DNA of 54,748 nt, from NCBI GenBank assembly GCA_016618085.1, contig JABLTG010000042.1, positions 62,001 to 116,748 on the forward strand, in the 5' to 3' direction. Below the pieces are notes generated by a model, which had not been told where the DNA came from, did no database searches, and saw only the letters and a list, made by a program, of their open reading frames with translations. Below, in pieces: positions 23,463-33,468 of this stretch. The DNA is from Neovahlkampfia damariscottae. Taxonomy: Eukaryota. Both the position numbers and the translations under genes were made by a program. Numbering within the stretch: the first letter of the stretch is position 1; each line of letters starts with the position of its first letter.

Positions 23463-25442
23463 TTATTTCTTTTTGATAATATTTTTTTTATCAACTTTTG
23501 TTGGTATTCTTATATTTACTCTTTTCAATTCAAATGGATTTGATTTCAATTTTTGAAGTTTTTTAATTGTTGGTTTGAGTTTTACAAGTGGATTTTTAAT
23601 AATTTGTTTCACATCTTCTTTTGTTGGTGAATTTGATTTTTTAACTTGAATCAAGCCAAATGGATTTCCTCCTCTTGATTTCTTTGCAACTTTTTTGAAT
23701 GAACCAAATAATTTTTGAACTCGATAAACTGGTTTTTTAACAACTTTTTTAACAACTTTTTTTCTGACATTTTTGACTACTTTTTTACTAACTTTTTTAC
23801 TAACATTTTTACTGACATTTTTAATAACTTTTGGAACAGTTTTATCAACATTATTTTTTTTGTCTTCATCTTTTAATTTTTTATCTGGATTAAGATCAAT
23901 ATTAAGTTTTGAACTTTTTAAAGTTGCTTGAATTTGAGAATTTGAATATCCTCTTTTTTTCATTGCATCACTACATCTTGAAATACATGTCATTTTCAAA
24001 TTTTGCATATAAAAGTTTTGAAAATCAATATTATCTAATCCATAATAAGTATTTCTAACATTTGGACTTAATTTATTCATTAAATCAAAGAATCTACCAT
24101 AATCTGAACATAAACAATATTCTTGTTGAATTTCATTTCCTTTTGCTAATTTAATAAAACCATCTCTTAAAGATTTAAAAATTGATTCTAAAAGAGTGTG
24201 TCTATATTTAGCATTTTTGTTTGTATAAGATAATCTTTCTTGTTTTCTTCTATATTCTTTAATTTTTTTAAATGCTTTTGCAGTTGAATCTGCTTCAACA
24301 CCTGATGTTTTAACTGATTGAGCAATTGAATTTGCTTCAAATGATCTTAAATTCTTTTCAATATCATTCATCCATTTTGGATTTTCTCTACAAATTTTTG
24401 AAAATCCAGATAAACCATCTTTATAATCATTTAAAATATCTAATATTTCCATATCACGTGGATCAGATGTTTGTCTAAGCCAATCTAAATATTGTTTATC
24501 ATATTTAGTTTCAGAATAGTTTGGATTTCTTGCTTCAAATTCTTTATCTTCTTTATCTGTAACTCCAAAAGCAATTCTTCTAAATAATTTAGAAAGTTTA
24601 CTATCTTTTTGACTTTTTCCAGAGAACATTGAATTTTTACAAACCCATTTATATGCTGTTGTTTCTCTATTACTTGCTTTAACTCTATTTGTAATATCCA
24701 TAAAACCATTAAATGTATTTGATTTAACTGGACATTGAATAAGTGTTCCACAATCATAATGACATACATATTTGGAAGCACAACCTCCTTTTTGTTTTGG
24801 ACCAATATAATTTTTAAGAACTCTACGAACTTTTTTAGATTTGGAAAATGCTTTTTTAGCTGCTTGATACATAGATACAAATGGTTTAGCAATAACTTTA
24901 GCCACTTTTTTAATAACTTTCCATGTTTTTTTTGCTACTCTTGCAATTCCACGTCCAACTCTTTTTGCTACTCTTCCAACTCCACGTGCTACATGTTTTA
25001 TTCCACGTCCAACATGTCTTGCTACTCTTTTGAGTCCGCGACCAACTTTTCTAATTCCACGTCCAACATGTCTTGCTACTCTTTTGATTCCGCGACCAAC
25101 TTTTTTAATTCCACGTCCAACATGTCTCACTGCTTTCTTAAATCCACGTCCAACTCCACGGGCAGCTTTTCTAAGTCCACGTCCAATGCCACGTGCTACT
25201 CTTCTAAAAGCTCTTCCAACACGACGGAAAAATAATACTCTAGGTGCAGAAAGTGGTTGTTCTTCATAATCTTGGGCAAAATAAAATTTGACACCGGTAT
25301 TTTCTTCATTAAAAAATTCTTCTGCGTCAAAAGAAAGCATAGCACCTTGAGCACATTTAACAGTTGCTGACATTGTTGTATAAAACAATGTAAGGAATAA
25401 ACATATTGTTAAAATTAATTTTTGTTTGTTTGACGAAAACAT
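23463..25442 (-). CDS. Secreted 659-aa protein: signal peptide, acidic segment, long cationic amphipathic repeat, Cys-containing domain, Lys-rich tail
   Basis: Intronless ORF; hydrophobic N-terminus; (R/K)xVGRG(I/L)KxVARH-type repeats. Confidence 0.85.
   Translation of the reverse strand: MFSSNKQKLILTICLFLTLFYTTMSATVKCAQGAMLSFDAEEFFNEENTGVKFYFAQDYEEQPLSAPRVLFFRRVGRAFRRVARGIGRGLRKAARGVGRGFKKAVRHVGRGIKKVGRGIKRVARHVGRGIRKVGRGLKRVARHVGRGIKHVARGVGRVAKRVGRGIARVAKKTWKVIKKVAKVIAKPFVSMYQAAKKAFSKSKKVRRVLKNYIGPKQKGGCASKYVCHYDCGTLIQCPVKSNTFNGFMDITNRVKASNRETTAYKWVCKNSMFSGKSQKDSKLSKLFRRIAFGVTDKEDKEFEARNPNYSETKYDKQYLDWLRQTSDPRDMEILDILNDYKDGLSGFSKICRENPKWMNDIEKNLRSFEANSIAQSVKTSGVEADSTAKAFKKIKEYRRKQERLSYTNKNAKYRHTLLESIFKSLRDGFIKLAKGNEIQQEYCLCSDYGRFFDLMNKLSPNVRNTYYGLDNIDFQNFYMQNLKMTCISRCSDAMKKRGYSNSQIQATLKSSKLNIDLNPDKKLKDEDKKNNVDKTVPKVIKNVSKNVSKKVSKKVVKNVRKKVVKKVVKKPVYRVQKLFGSFKKVAKKSRGGNPFGLIQVKKSNSPTKEDVKQIIKNPLVKLKPTIKKLQKLKSNPFELKRVNIRIPTKVDKKNIIKKK
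24879..25235 (-). repeat. Coding tandem repeat (33/21-nt subunits, near-perfect 54-nt unit at 25001-25108)
   Basis: Recurrent ccacgtccaac; ttccacgtccaacatgtcttgctactcttttga.tccgcgaccaactttt.taa occurs twice in tandem. Confidence 0.9.
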
Positions 25443-25635
25443 AACAAAAAAAAAAATTAGTTTTTGATTGGTGGGTAATTTTGACTCAACAGTTTTTATT
25501 GGCTTTGACTCCCAAAAACTGGAAATTTATTTTTTTTACAAAAAAAACCCTTTGAAATAACTATTACCATTTGTTTTCATCAAAATGATTTTATAATTTA
25601 TCCAGTCCAATCATTTTTCTTCAGTTCTAAATTCA

Positions 25636-26181
25636 ATGTCCAAAGGTAAGTCACATTGTAAATAATTAATTTTAAAGTTCCAAGAAACTTCAAATTACTT
25701 GATGAATTAGAAAAATCTGAACATGGTCTCGGTAATTTCTTCGAAAAAAACTAAATCTTAAATTAAAGGTGATGGCTCTGTATCTTATGGATTAGAAAAT
25801 ATGGAAGATTCAACTTTAACTTATTGGGTTGCTTCTATAATTGGGCCTCATAACGTAATTTATTTTTTTTTTATTTATTCCACTCCAGACGAGTTTTGAT
25901 TCAAAATTTTATTCTTTAAGATTTGTTTGTGACAAAGAATTTCCTCAAAAACCACCAATGTTTCAATTTGTATCAAAAGTTAATTTACCTTTTGTTGATA
26001 ATAAAGGGAATGTACACTAAAATATTTATTTTAACTTTATTAGGTTATTCCAGAAAAGTTTGCAATTCTTGGAAAAAAATATACAGAGAAAGTTTCATTT
26101 GAGGACATTATTAAAGAAATAAAGAATGAAATGGTTAAAAATAAAAACCTCAAACAACCACAAGAAGGAAGTACATATTAA
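25636..26181 (+). CDS. MMS2: Ubiquitin-conjugating enzyme E2 variant (Mms2/UEV1), 4 introns; absent from the ORF track
   Basis: Spliced MSKVPRNFKLLDELEKSEHGLGDGSVSYGL...IIGPHNT...YSLRFVCDKEFPQKPP...LKQPQEGSTY. Confidence 0.93.
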
Positions 26182-26362
26182 TTATTTTGAAATTAAATAT
26201 TTCTCTTTTAACAATTTATATTCAATTTTTTTATCATCGTTCAATGATCAGATAAATTTTTTGAAAAAAAAAAAAATAATTTTTTTTTTCCAGTGTTTGA
26301 TAATTGGTTAAAATTAATCAATTTGATTGGTCACACAACACAGAAAAAAAAAAACATAAAAC

Positions 26363-27797
26363 ATGAGACAAAGTTTAAAGTTTCTCAACACTTCAATAAA
26401 AAGTAACACTTTATTTTTTATATTAAAACAAAAAAAGACGGTAGCTCAAAAGGTATGTTAAAACCTGTTTTTATTTCCAACGGTACACAAAAATATTCAA
26501 CTTTTGCTTCACAAGAAGAAGAAGATGAATATCATCTCATAAAAAAACAAAGAGAAGTTGATTTATTTTACTATCTCTTAGGTGATTTTGAAAATGAAGT
26601 TGTTACAGACAGATTAAGATTAGTTGCTGAATCTTTAAAAACAAAAGATGACTTTGTTGATTTTTTGAAAAAAGCATCAGCTTATTCTGCAGAATTAAAA
26701 TACAATGGATCAAACAAAGTTGGTACAATGTTCAAAAAAGAACCTATTAGAGTAGCTGTAACTGGAGCTGCTGGAAATATTGGTTATTCTTTAATTCCAA
26801 GAATTGCAAGGTAAACAAAAGTAATATTAAAAAAATATTTAGTGGTGAAGTATTTGGTGAAGACCAACCAGTCATTCTTCATCTTTTAGAAGTTAAACAA
26901 GCAGAAAAAGCACTTCAAGGTGTTAAAATGGAAATTGAAGATTGTGCTTTCAATTTAGTTCGTGGAATTGTTGCAACATCAGATATAAATGCAGGTTTTA
27001 AAGATGTTGATTATGCATTTTTAGTTGGTGCAAAACCAAGAGGACCAGGAATGGAAAGAAAAGATTTAATGAAAGACAACGCAAGTATTTTTGCTGTTCA
27101 AGGAAAAGCTTTAAGTGATAACGCAAAACCAACTTGTCTTTCTGTTGTTGTTGGAAATCCTGCAAACACAAATGCTCTTATTGCTGCTTCAAATGCTCCA
27201 AATATTCCACTTGAAAATTTTTCAGCAATGACAAGACTTGATCATGACAGAGCTTTGGCACAAGTTAGTTTTTTCTTCTTTTTAACATTTTTTTAAAAGT
27301 TATCATTAAAACTTAATACTCATATTGATCAAATTAAAGACCTTTGTATTTGGGGTAATCATAGTTTAACACAAGTACCTGATGTTTCAAATGCTACTGT
27401 AAACGGTCAAAAAGTTACAAAATTAGTTGATGGAAAATGGCTTGATAATGAATTTATTCCAAGAGTACAAAAAAGAGGTGCTGAAATTATTGCTGCACGT
27501 TCACTTTCAAGTGCTGCTTCAGCTGCAGATGCTGCTCTCAAACACATGAAAGATTGGGTTCAAGGATCAGATAAAGTTGTTTCAATGGCTGTACCAAGTG
27601 ATGGAAGTTATGGTGTTAAATCTGGTATCTATTGTTCATATCCAGTTGTCTGTAAAGGAAAAGGAAAATATGAAATTGTTCAAAACCTTCAATTAGACGA
27701 AAAAACAAAAAAAAGAATTGCTGAAAGTGTTAAAGAATTAGAACAAGAAAAATCAGATGTAAAAGATATGATTAAATCAAATCGTTTTAAAAAATAA
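26363..27797 (+). CDS. mdh: Malate dehydrogenase (MDH1/cytosolic-like clade) with long N-terminal extension (3 introns)
   Basis: [61 protein letters not shown]. Confidence 0.95.
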
Positions 27798-27836
27798 ATA
27801 AATAATTTTCACTCCGAACATTTGACCAATTAAAAA

Positions 27837-28160
27837 ATGTCTGATTGCAACGATTCTTTTGAAGCATATTCAAACTGCTTAAAAAAACAACTCACAGATA
27901 AAAATGTTGAATGTTCTTTTTTATTAAATGCTCATAATATGTGTTTGAAAAAGACTACATTTCAAAAAGAGGCAAAAACAATTTTGGAAAAATTAAAAAT
28001 CAACCCAAAAACACCTACAAAGAAAATTTGTTGTGTTTGTCCTGAAACAAAAAAAGTTAGAGATGAATGTCATATTCTTGGAGATGAATCAAAATGTAAG
28101 AAATATTATAATGCTCATAAATTATGTTTATTGAATGAAGGATTTAAAATTGAAATGTAA
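27837..28160 (+). CDS. COX17: Copper chaperone COX17 with extra N-terminal twin-Cx9C hairpin
   Basis: KKICCVCPETKKVRDEC...C...AHKLCLLNEGF. Confidence 0.9.
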   Translation: MSDCNDSFEAYSNCLKKQLTDKNVECSFLLNAHNMCLKKTTFQKEAKTILEKLKINPKTPTKKICCVCPETKKVRDECHILGDESKCKKYYNAHKLCLLNEGFKIEM

Positions 28161-28180
28161 AAATGAAATAAATAATTTTA

Positions 28181-29898
28181 TTACAAAATATGATCAGATT
28201 CTTTATTAAAAATGACATCAAATGTATTCCAATTCTTTTTTTCAACTAATTTTTCTGCAAAATCAACACCTCTAACTGAATTTCCTTCATCATTAAGAGG
28301 AGGTGACCAAATACATATACCACATATTGAAGGAACAACAACAAATACAGCACCTGCAACACCAGATTTTGCAGGTAATCCAACAGTACAAGCCCATTCA
28401 CCAGAATAATCATACATTCCACATGAAAATAAAAGTTGCATTGTTCTTTTAACTGTATGTGAACTCATGCACTTTTTACCTGTCAAAGGACAAATACCAT
28501 TATTAGAATATGTAGCTGCAACAGTTGCAAGTTTTTTATTTGTAACTTCAATTGAACATAATTGAAAATAAAAATCTAATGCATCTTGAACACTACATCC
28601 TGGTGGAAATCCATTTTTTGATGACATAAAGTATGCTAATGCATTATTATTATATGCTGTTTCTCTTTCAGAAAGATAAACTGCTTGATCAAATCCAATT
28701 TTAGCTCCACCTGCATAATCACTTAAATTTTTTAATACTCTTTTGAATTTTTCTGCAGTTTTAAGTTCAACATGATATGAACCTGATACAACAATTGCAC
28801 CAGCATTAATACATGAATTATGAGGTTTATTCTGTTTATTAAGAGTAAATGCATTAAAAGCAACTCCAGATGGTTCTTTTCCAACATATTGATGTATCCA
28901 ATCATATCCAAGTTCTTCAATTGCCATTGCATAAACAATTGGTTTAATACAAGACTGAATTGAAAATGGTAAATCACAATCACCATGATCATATGTTTGT
29001 CCATCTGTTGTAATTATTGAAACACCAACTAAAAATTTTGAATTTAAAAAAAAAAATAATTTACACCAACTAATAACAATGTGAATTATTGAAGAAATAT
29101 TACTCTGGATCTGCACATCCAAGTTCAGGTATATATGAAGCAGGTGCACCTTTTTCATTTTTTCTAACAATATCATAAATTTCTCGAACTTCTTTTGAAA
29201 AATTATCCCAATTTTTAATGACTAAATCATTATTTAATGCTCTTTTATAAATATTTAATCAATAATATTTGTCATACCTTTGAAGTAAATTTTCATTATT
29301 TCCTCTCATTAATTTCAAAAATGATTCCCAACCAATAGTTTTTGATCCATTGGATAATTGTTGAATTTGTTCATATAAAACTTGATTTCTTTTTGAATCT
29401 AATCCTCTTTTTCTTAAAAAACGTTTCAAACTATCTGTTGTAATCTTATCTTTTTCTTTTGTTGAAACCATCTTTTCAAATAAAATTCTTGTATTTTCAA
29501 GAAAACTTTCATCTTTTTCATCCTCTTTTTTTTTTTTAATCTCCTCAAATTTTGTACGTGCACCTTTATCTCTTAAAAGTTCTGCAATTTTTCCATTGTC
29601 TTTATTCAAAGCTCCTCTTAGAGGTGTTACACCCTTTCAATAAATATTAAAATTTGAATATTTTTTTTTTTACCCATCTGTCTGTGACATTCACATCAGC
29701 ATTTTTTGATAATAAATATTCAACAATTTCAATATGACCTTCTTCTGAAGCTAAATGTAATGCAGTTCTTTTATCATAGTCACCTTCGTTTAAATTTAAA
29801 CTACTTTCTTCTACAACTTTTTTTAATGATTCCAAGTCACCATTTGCACTAAAATGAATCATGTCATACACTGCATGATTATGTTTAATTTGATCCAT
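28181..29898 (-). CDS. Glutaminase with N-terminal ankyrin repeats (4 introns, 5-nt microexon 29065-29069)
   Basis: DYDKRTALHLASEEGH (ankyrin); YIPEL, FSIQSCIK, VGKEPSG, NAGAI, CGMYDYSGEW, PAKSGVAG, WSPPL. Confidence 0.93.
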
Positions 29899-30029
29899 GA
29901 TGATGAGAAAAACCAACAAAAAAATGCAAAAAAATGATTGGTTTATTGACCCTTCCTAGTAAATCGAATTTACTTTTCTGGAAATTTTCTAAAAATCAAT
30001 CCAATACTCCGTGGTTGATTGATTCATTG

Positions 30030-31454
30030 TTATTTTTCAAAAAATTGATGTTTTATGGCATCTTCAACATCTATTCTTTTTACTGGATCAATCATTAAAC
30101 ATTTTTCTAATAAATCTGAAAGTAAATCCACCTTTTTCATTTCATCTTCATTTAAATTTTGAGAATTAATTAAAAGTGATTTTAAATCAGTCTTCTTTTT
30201 TATTGGTACTTTTCTAAATATTTTTTTTTCAGAAATCTCATCAATTTCGTCCAACAAAAAATTATTTTCATGATCAAAATAATTTTCAATAAAATTTGAT
30301 CTTTTCATTAATTTTGTTGAAATTAAACCTTTTAATTCCATATGTAGTAATATCATATGATTATTTGAATTTGATGGAAATAAAACATTTCCAGTATATA
30401 ATTCAAAAATAGTACACGCAGCAGACCATAAATCAGATTTATAATCAAAATCAATACCTAATGCAATTTCAGGTGATCTATAATATCTAGATCCAATAAA
30501 AGGTGTTTTGGTAATATTACATTCTGATATTGTTAAAACAGTACCAAAATCAGTTAAAGATATTTCATTCTTTTTTTCATTTATTAAAATATTATCTGGT
30601 TTAATATCACAATGAAGAATTTGATTTCTTTTTAAAAGAATAAGTGATAAAAATAATTGATATGCATATATTCTAACCACATCAATTTTAATACCAATAT
30701 TCTTTCCATTTAATTTACCAAATTTTTCTAATATTTGTCTTAAATTCATCATTTTGGCTTCAAAAACAATACAAAGATGATTTTTATGAAAAAAATTATC
30801 TTTCATTTTTACAATATGATGTTTATTTTCAATATCACTTTCATTCAATTTTCTAATATATTCAATTTCTTCTAATCCTGATCTTTTCATTATATCATTA
30901 TTTCGAATTATTTTAATTGCAATTTCTTCTTTTGTTGAAATATTCATTGCTTGAATAACAGTTGAATATGTTCCTTTTCCAAAAAATCCTTTTGAAACAT
31001 AATTATTATTGAATACTTCACCATGCTTAAATATTAAATATCCTTCTTCGTCATCAAAATTATCTAAATAAGTTCCTTTTGATTCTTTTGGTATTAAATT
31101 GATAGAAATGTTATCATCATCACCAAACATATCATAATCATCTTCTTCTTCTTCTTTTTCTGCCTCTGTTGGTTGTATTTCTCCTTTTATTCCTTGTGGT
31201 TTGAATTTAGTATTTGTTTCTGAATATCTGGATATTTTTGATTCTTTTTCAAATTGTTCCAATTTCTTTTTTCTTTCTTCACGAATTTTTTGTATTTTTT
31301 CTTCTTCATTTAATTCTTCTAATTGTTCATTTACTTTTTTCAAATATTCTGCATCTAATTTTTCTTCTGAAAAAGTTTTCTTTTCCAATTTTATTTTTTT
31401 TGTTTTGTTGTTGTCTCTCTCATTGTTGTCATAACTTCTTTTATTCTGCGACAT
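30030..31454 (-). CDS. PRP4K: PRP4 kinase (PRPF4B-like CMGC kinase)
   Basis: DNFDDEEGY, GKGTYSTV, AIKIIRNN, HLCIVFE, HCDIKPDNIL, SRYYRSPE. Confidence 0.9.
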   Translation of the reverse strand: MSQNKRSYDNNERDNNKTKKIKLEKKTFSEEKLDAEYLKKVNEQLEELNEEEKIQKIREERKKKLEQFEKESKISRYSETNTKFKPQGIKGEIQPTEAEKEEEEDDYDMFGDDDNISINLIPKESKGTYLDNFDDEEGYLIFKHGEVFNNNYVSKGFFGKGTYSTVIQAMNISTKEEIAIKIIRNNDIMKRSGLEEIEYIRKLNESDIENKHHIVKMKDNFFHKNHLCIVFEAKMMNLRQILEKFGKLNGKNIGIKIDVVRIYAYQLFLSLILLKRNQILHCDIKPDNILINEKKNEISLTDFGTVLTISECNITKTPFIGSRYYRSPEIALGIDFDYKSDLWSAACTIFELYTGNVLFPSNSNNHMILLHMELKGLISTKLMKRSNFIENYFDHENNFLLDEIDEISEKKIFRKVPIKKKTDLKSLLINSQNLNEDEMKKVDLLSDLLEKCLMIDPVKRIDVEDAIKHQFFEK

Positions 31455-31509
31455 CGTTGAATAATTGGGTGATTCTATTGGATGAATACTTTTTAAAAAA
31501 AGAGAAAAT

Positions 31510-32701
31510 TTATTTCTTCACCAAAGAAAGTATTTCACACATTATTTCAGAGAGATCATTCATTTGTGATTTAATATCAACAATATCATTTTTCATATCT
31601 TTTAATTCTTTTTGAACATTTTGAATATATTTCGGTAATTTAAGTTGAATTTGAGCTGTAATATAATCTTGAAGTTCATTTTTTTGTTGATGAAATGGAT
31701 CTAATTCATCAATTAAATCAAAATAATTCATATTTTTTTCATGATATTCAATTCTTTTTTCAAAATCAAAACCATGATCATAAAATGTTTTAAATATTTC
31801 TATTTGATCAGAATAATCACCATATCTTGAATTACAAATGATATAATGTAATGGATTTTTAAATTCAGAATCATTTGATTCAAAGAATGGATCAACATCA
31901 AAATCTAATAATACATTCAAATTATTTGAACTATTGACATAATAAATAGGTGTATAACCAAGTTTCTAGTTTTAAAAGTGAATTCAAATTTTAAACAAAC
32001 ATTTGGTTCATGAATATCAATTTTAAAATTTGATATCATCAATTCAAGAATTTCTTTACTAAAAAGAGTTGATGTTACAGCCATTTGTAAAATATTAAAT
32101 GGAATGCCTTGTGATAATTTAAATTTATAAACATCAAAATTTTTGATTTTTGAAATGGAAAGGAACAACTTTAAGTATTCTTCAAAATGATCTGGATCAT
32201 ATCTTGAAAGAAATGGTATTTTTCCTTCAGGGAATATTTTCTAAAAATATTAATTCAAATTTTCTTTACGTCACAATCAAGTTCAAATGATTTAAATGGT
32301 TCTTCTTTCAATATATCAGGTTCACAGAATATTAAATAGGAAACTTGAATCCATTCTTTGTCAGTTAGTTTTTCTAGTTTTTTATCTTCTATTGAAAAAT
32401 TTTCATCCAAAATGAATGTTTCTCCTTTAATGAGAAATTGAAATTCTTCTTTTAATTTTGAACAAATGGAACTTAATTCTAGAAACTTAGTTTTATATTC
32501 TTCATCATCAATTTCTGATATGTCATGATCACCAACTAAAGTTTTGATTTCAGAAAAAGGATCAACAGAGAATTTAGTAAAATGTTCGAAGGGGTATTCT
32601 GATTTTTGTAATACAAGAAGCTTCTTTTCAATTTTCTTAACTTCTGAGTTCATTTTTTCAAAAATTTCTTCAATTGATTCTGTCTTGTCTTCTGTTTTCA
32701 T
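31510..32701 (-). CDS. Hypothetical protein with ankyrin-like segment (2 introns)
   Basis: Three ORF fragments joined by GT-AG introns; GYTPIYY and NPLHY motifs. Confidence 0.6.
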
Positions 32702-32875
32702 TGTTGTTTGTGTATTCAGTTTTGACAAATCAGAAACGACTTCAGTATTTAGTTTTAATTTTTGGAAAAAATACTCAATAACATTTTCCAAGAGTAAAAT
32801 TGTCAGCTCCTGAAATAAGTTCAATCAATTTAATTGACCAATCATGTATTTTTTATTTTCGTCTTTCATAAAAAC

Positions 32876-33334
32876 ATGAGCACAAAGTTCATGCTGTTTT
32901 ATGCCGTCGCCTTCATGATGACATATAAAATGGATAATATCTGGAAGATAGATCCAGAGGACTTAACAGCGATGCCAGATCAAAGGTATCCAAAAATTCA
33001 AGACACTTTTCTTTCAAAGGTGACTTTTATGTTTCAAAAAGTCGTCAATTTAAGCTCAAATTTTATGTTTTCAATCATATTATGGATATTTTTTGTTGAA
33101 GTATGGAGCATTATCAGATTTTTTGGATTTAAATTTCCAATTTTTGACAATGAAGAAATTGGAAACCACAATCCAACAATTTCAAAAGTATTCAGACCCA
33201 GAATTTTAAGTAGATAATCCTACTTATCATCATTCTTGTAAATAAAATCATTGTACATTTCTTATTGTTTGGGTTTGGTTGCGTCATGTTCAAAATATTA
33301 AAAGTTAATTTTGTTTATTTATTTTTAGTTTTAA
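32876..33334 (+). CDS. Small multi-TM hypothetical protein (3' end uncertain)
   Basis: ATG after a CCAAT motif; a 26-nt intron (gtattc...agtag) extends the frame into IILLIIILVNKIIVHFLLFGFGCVMFKILK. Confidence 0.45.
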
Positions 33335-33397
33335 ATATTTCTCATATCAAATTTTTTCCAGTGAGGAATTTTAAATTTCATTTTCATTCAACATTCA
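33332..33397 (-). promoter_or_regulatory. Eukaryotic SECIS element (form 2) in the TrxR 3' UTR
   Basis: Helix I ugaauguu/aauauuua; AUGA...GA core; 11-bp helix II (9 pairs); apical AAAA; ministem uucc/ggaa. Confidence 0.85.
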
Positions 33398-33434
33398 AGA
33401 ATAAATTACAAAATTGACTAGAAACTAATTATTT

Positions 33435-33468
33435 AGTTCCTTATTATCATTTTAGATAATAAGGAACT
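33435..33468 (-). promoter_or_regulatory. Perfect 14-bp hairpin 5 nt downstream of the Sec UGA (possible Sec-redefinition element)
   Basis: agttccttattatc-taaaat-gataataaggaact. Confidence 0.55.

Noticed and set aside
24485..25269. Overlapping ORFs 24485-24892, 24735-25235 and 25030-25269
   Set aside because: Shadow frames of the repeat-containing 659-aa gene
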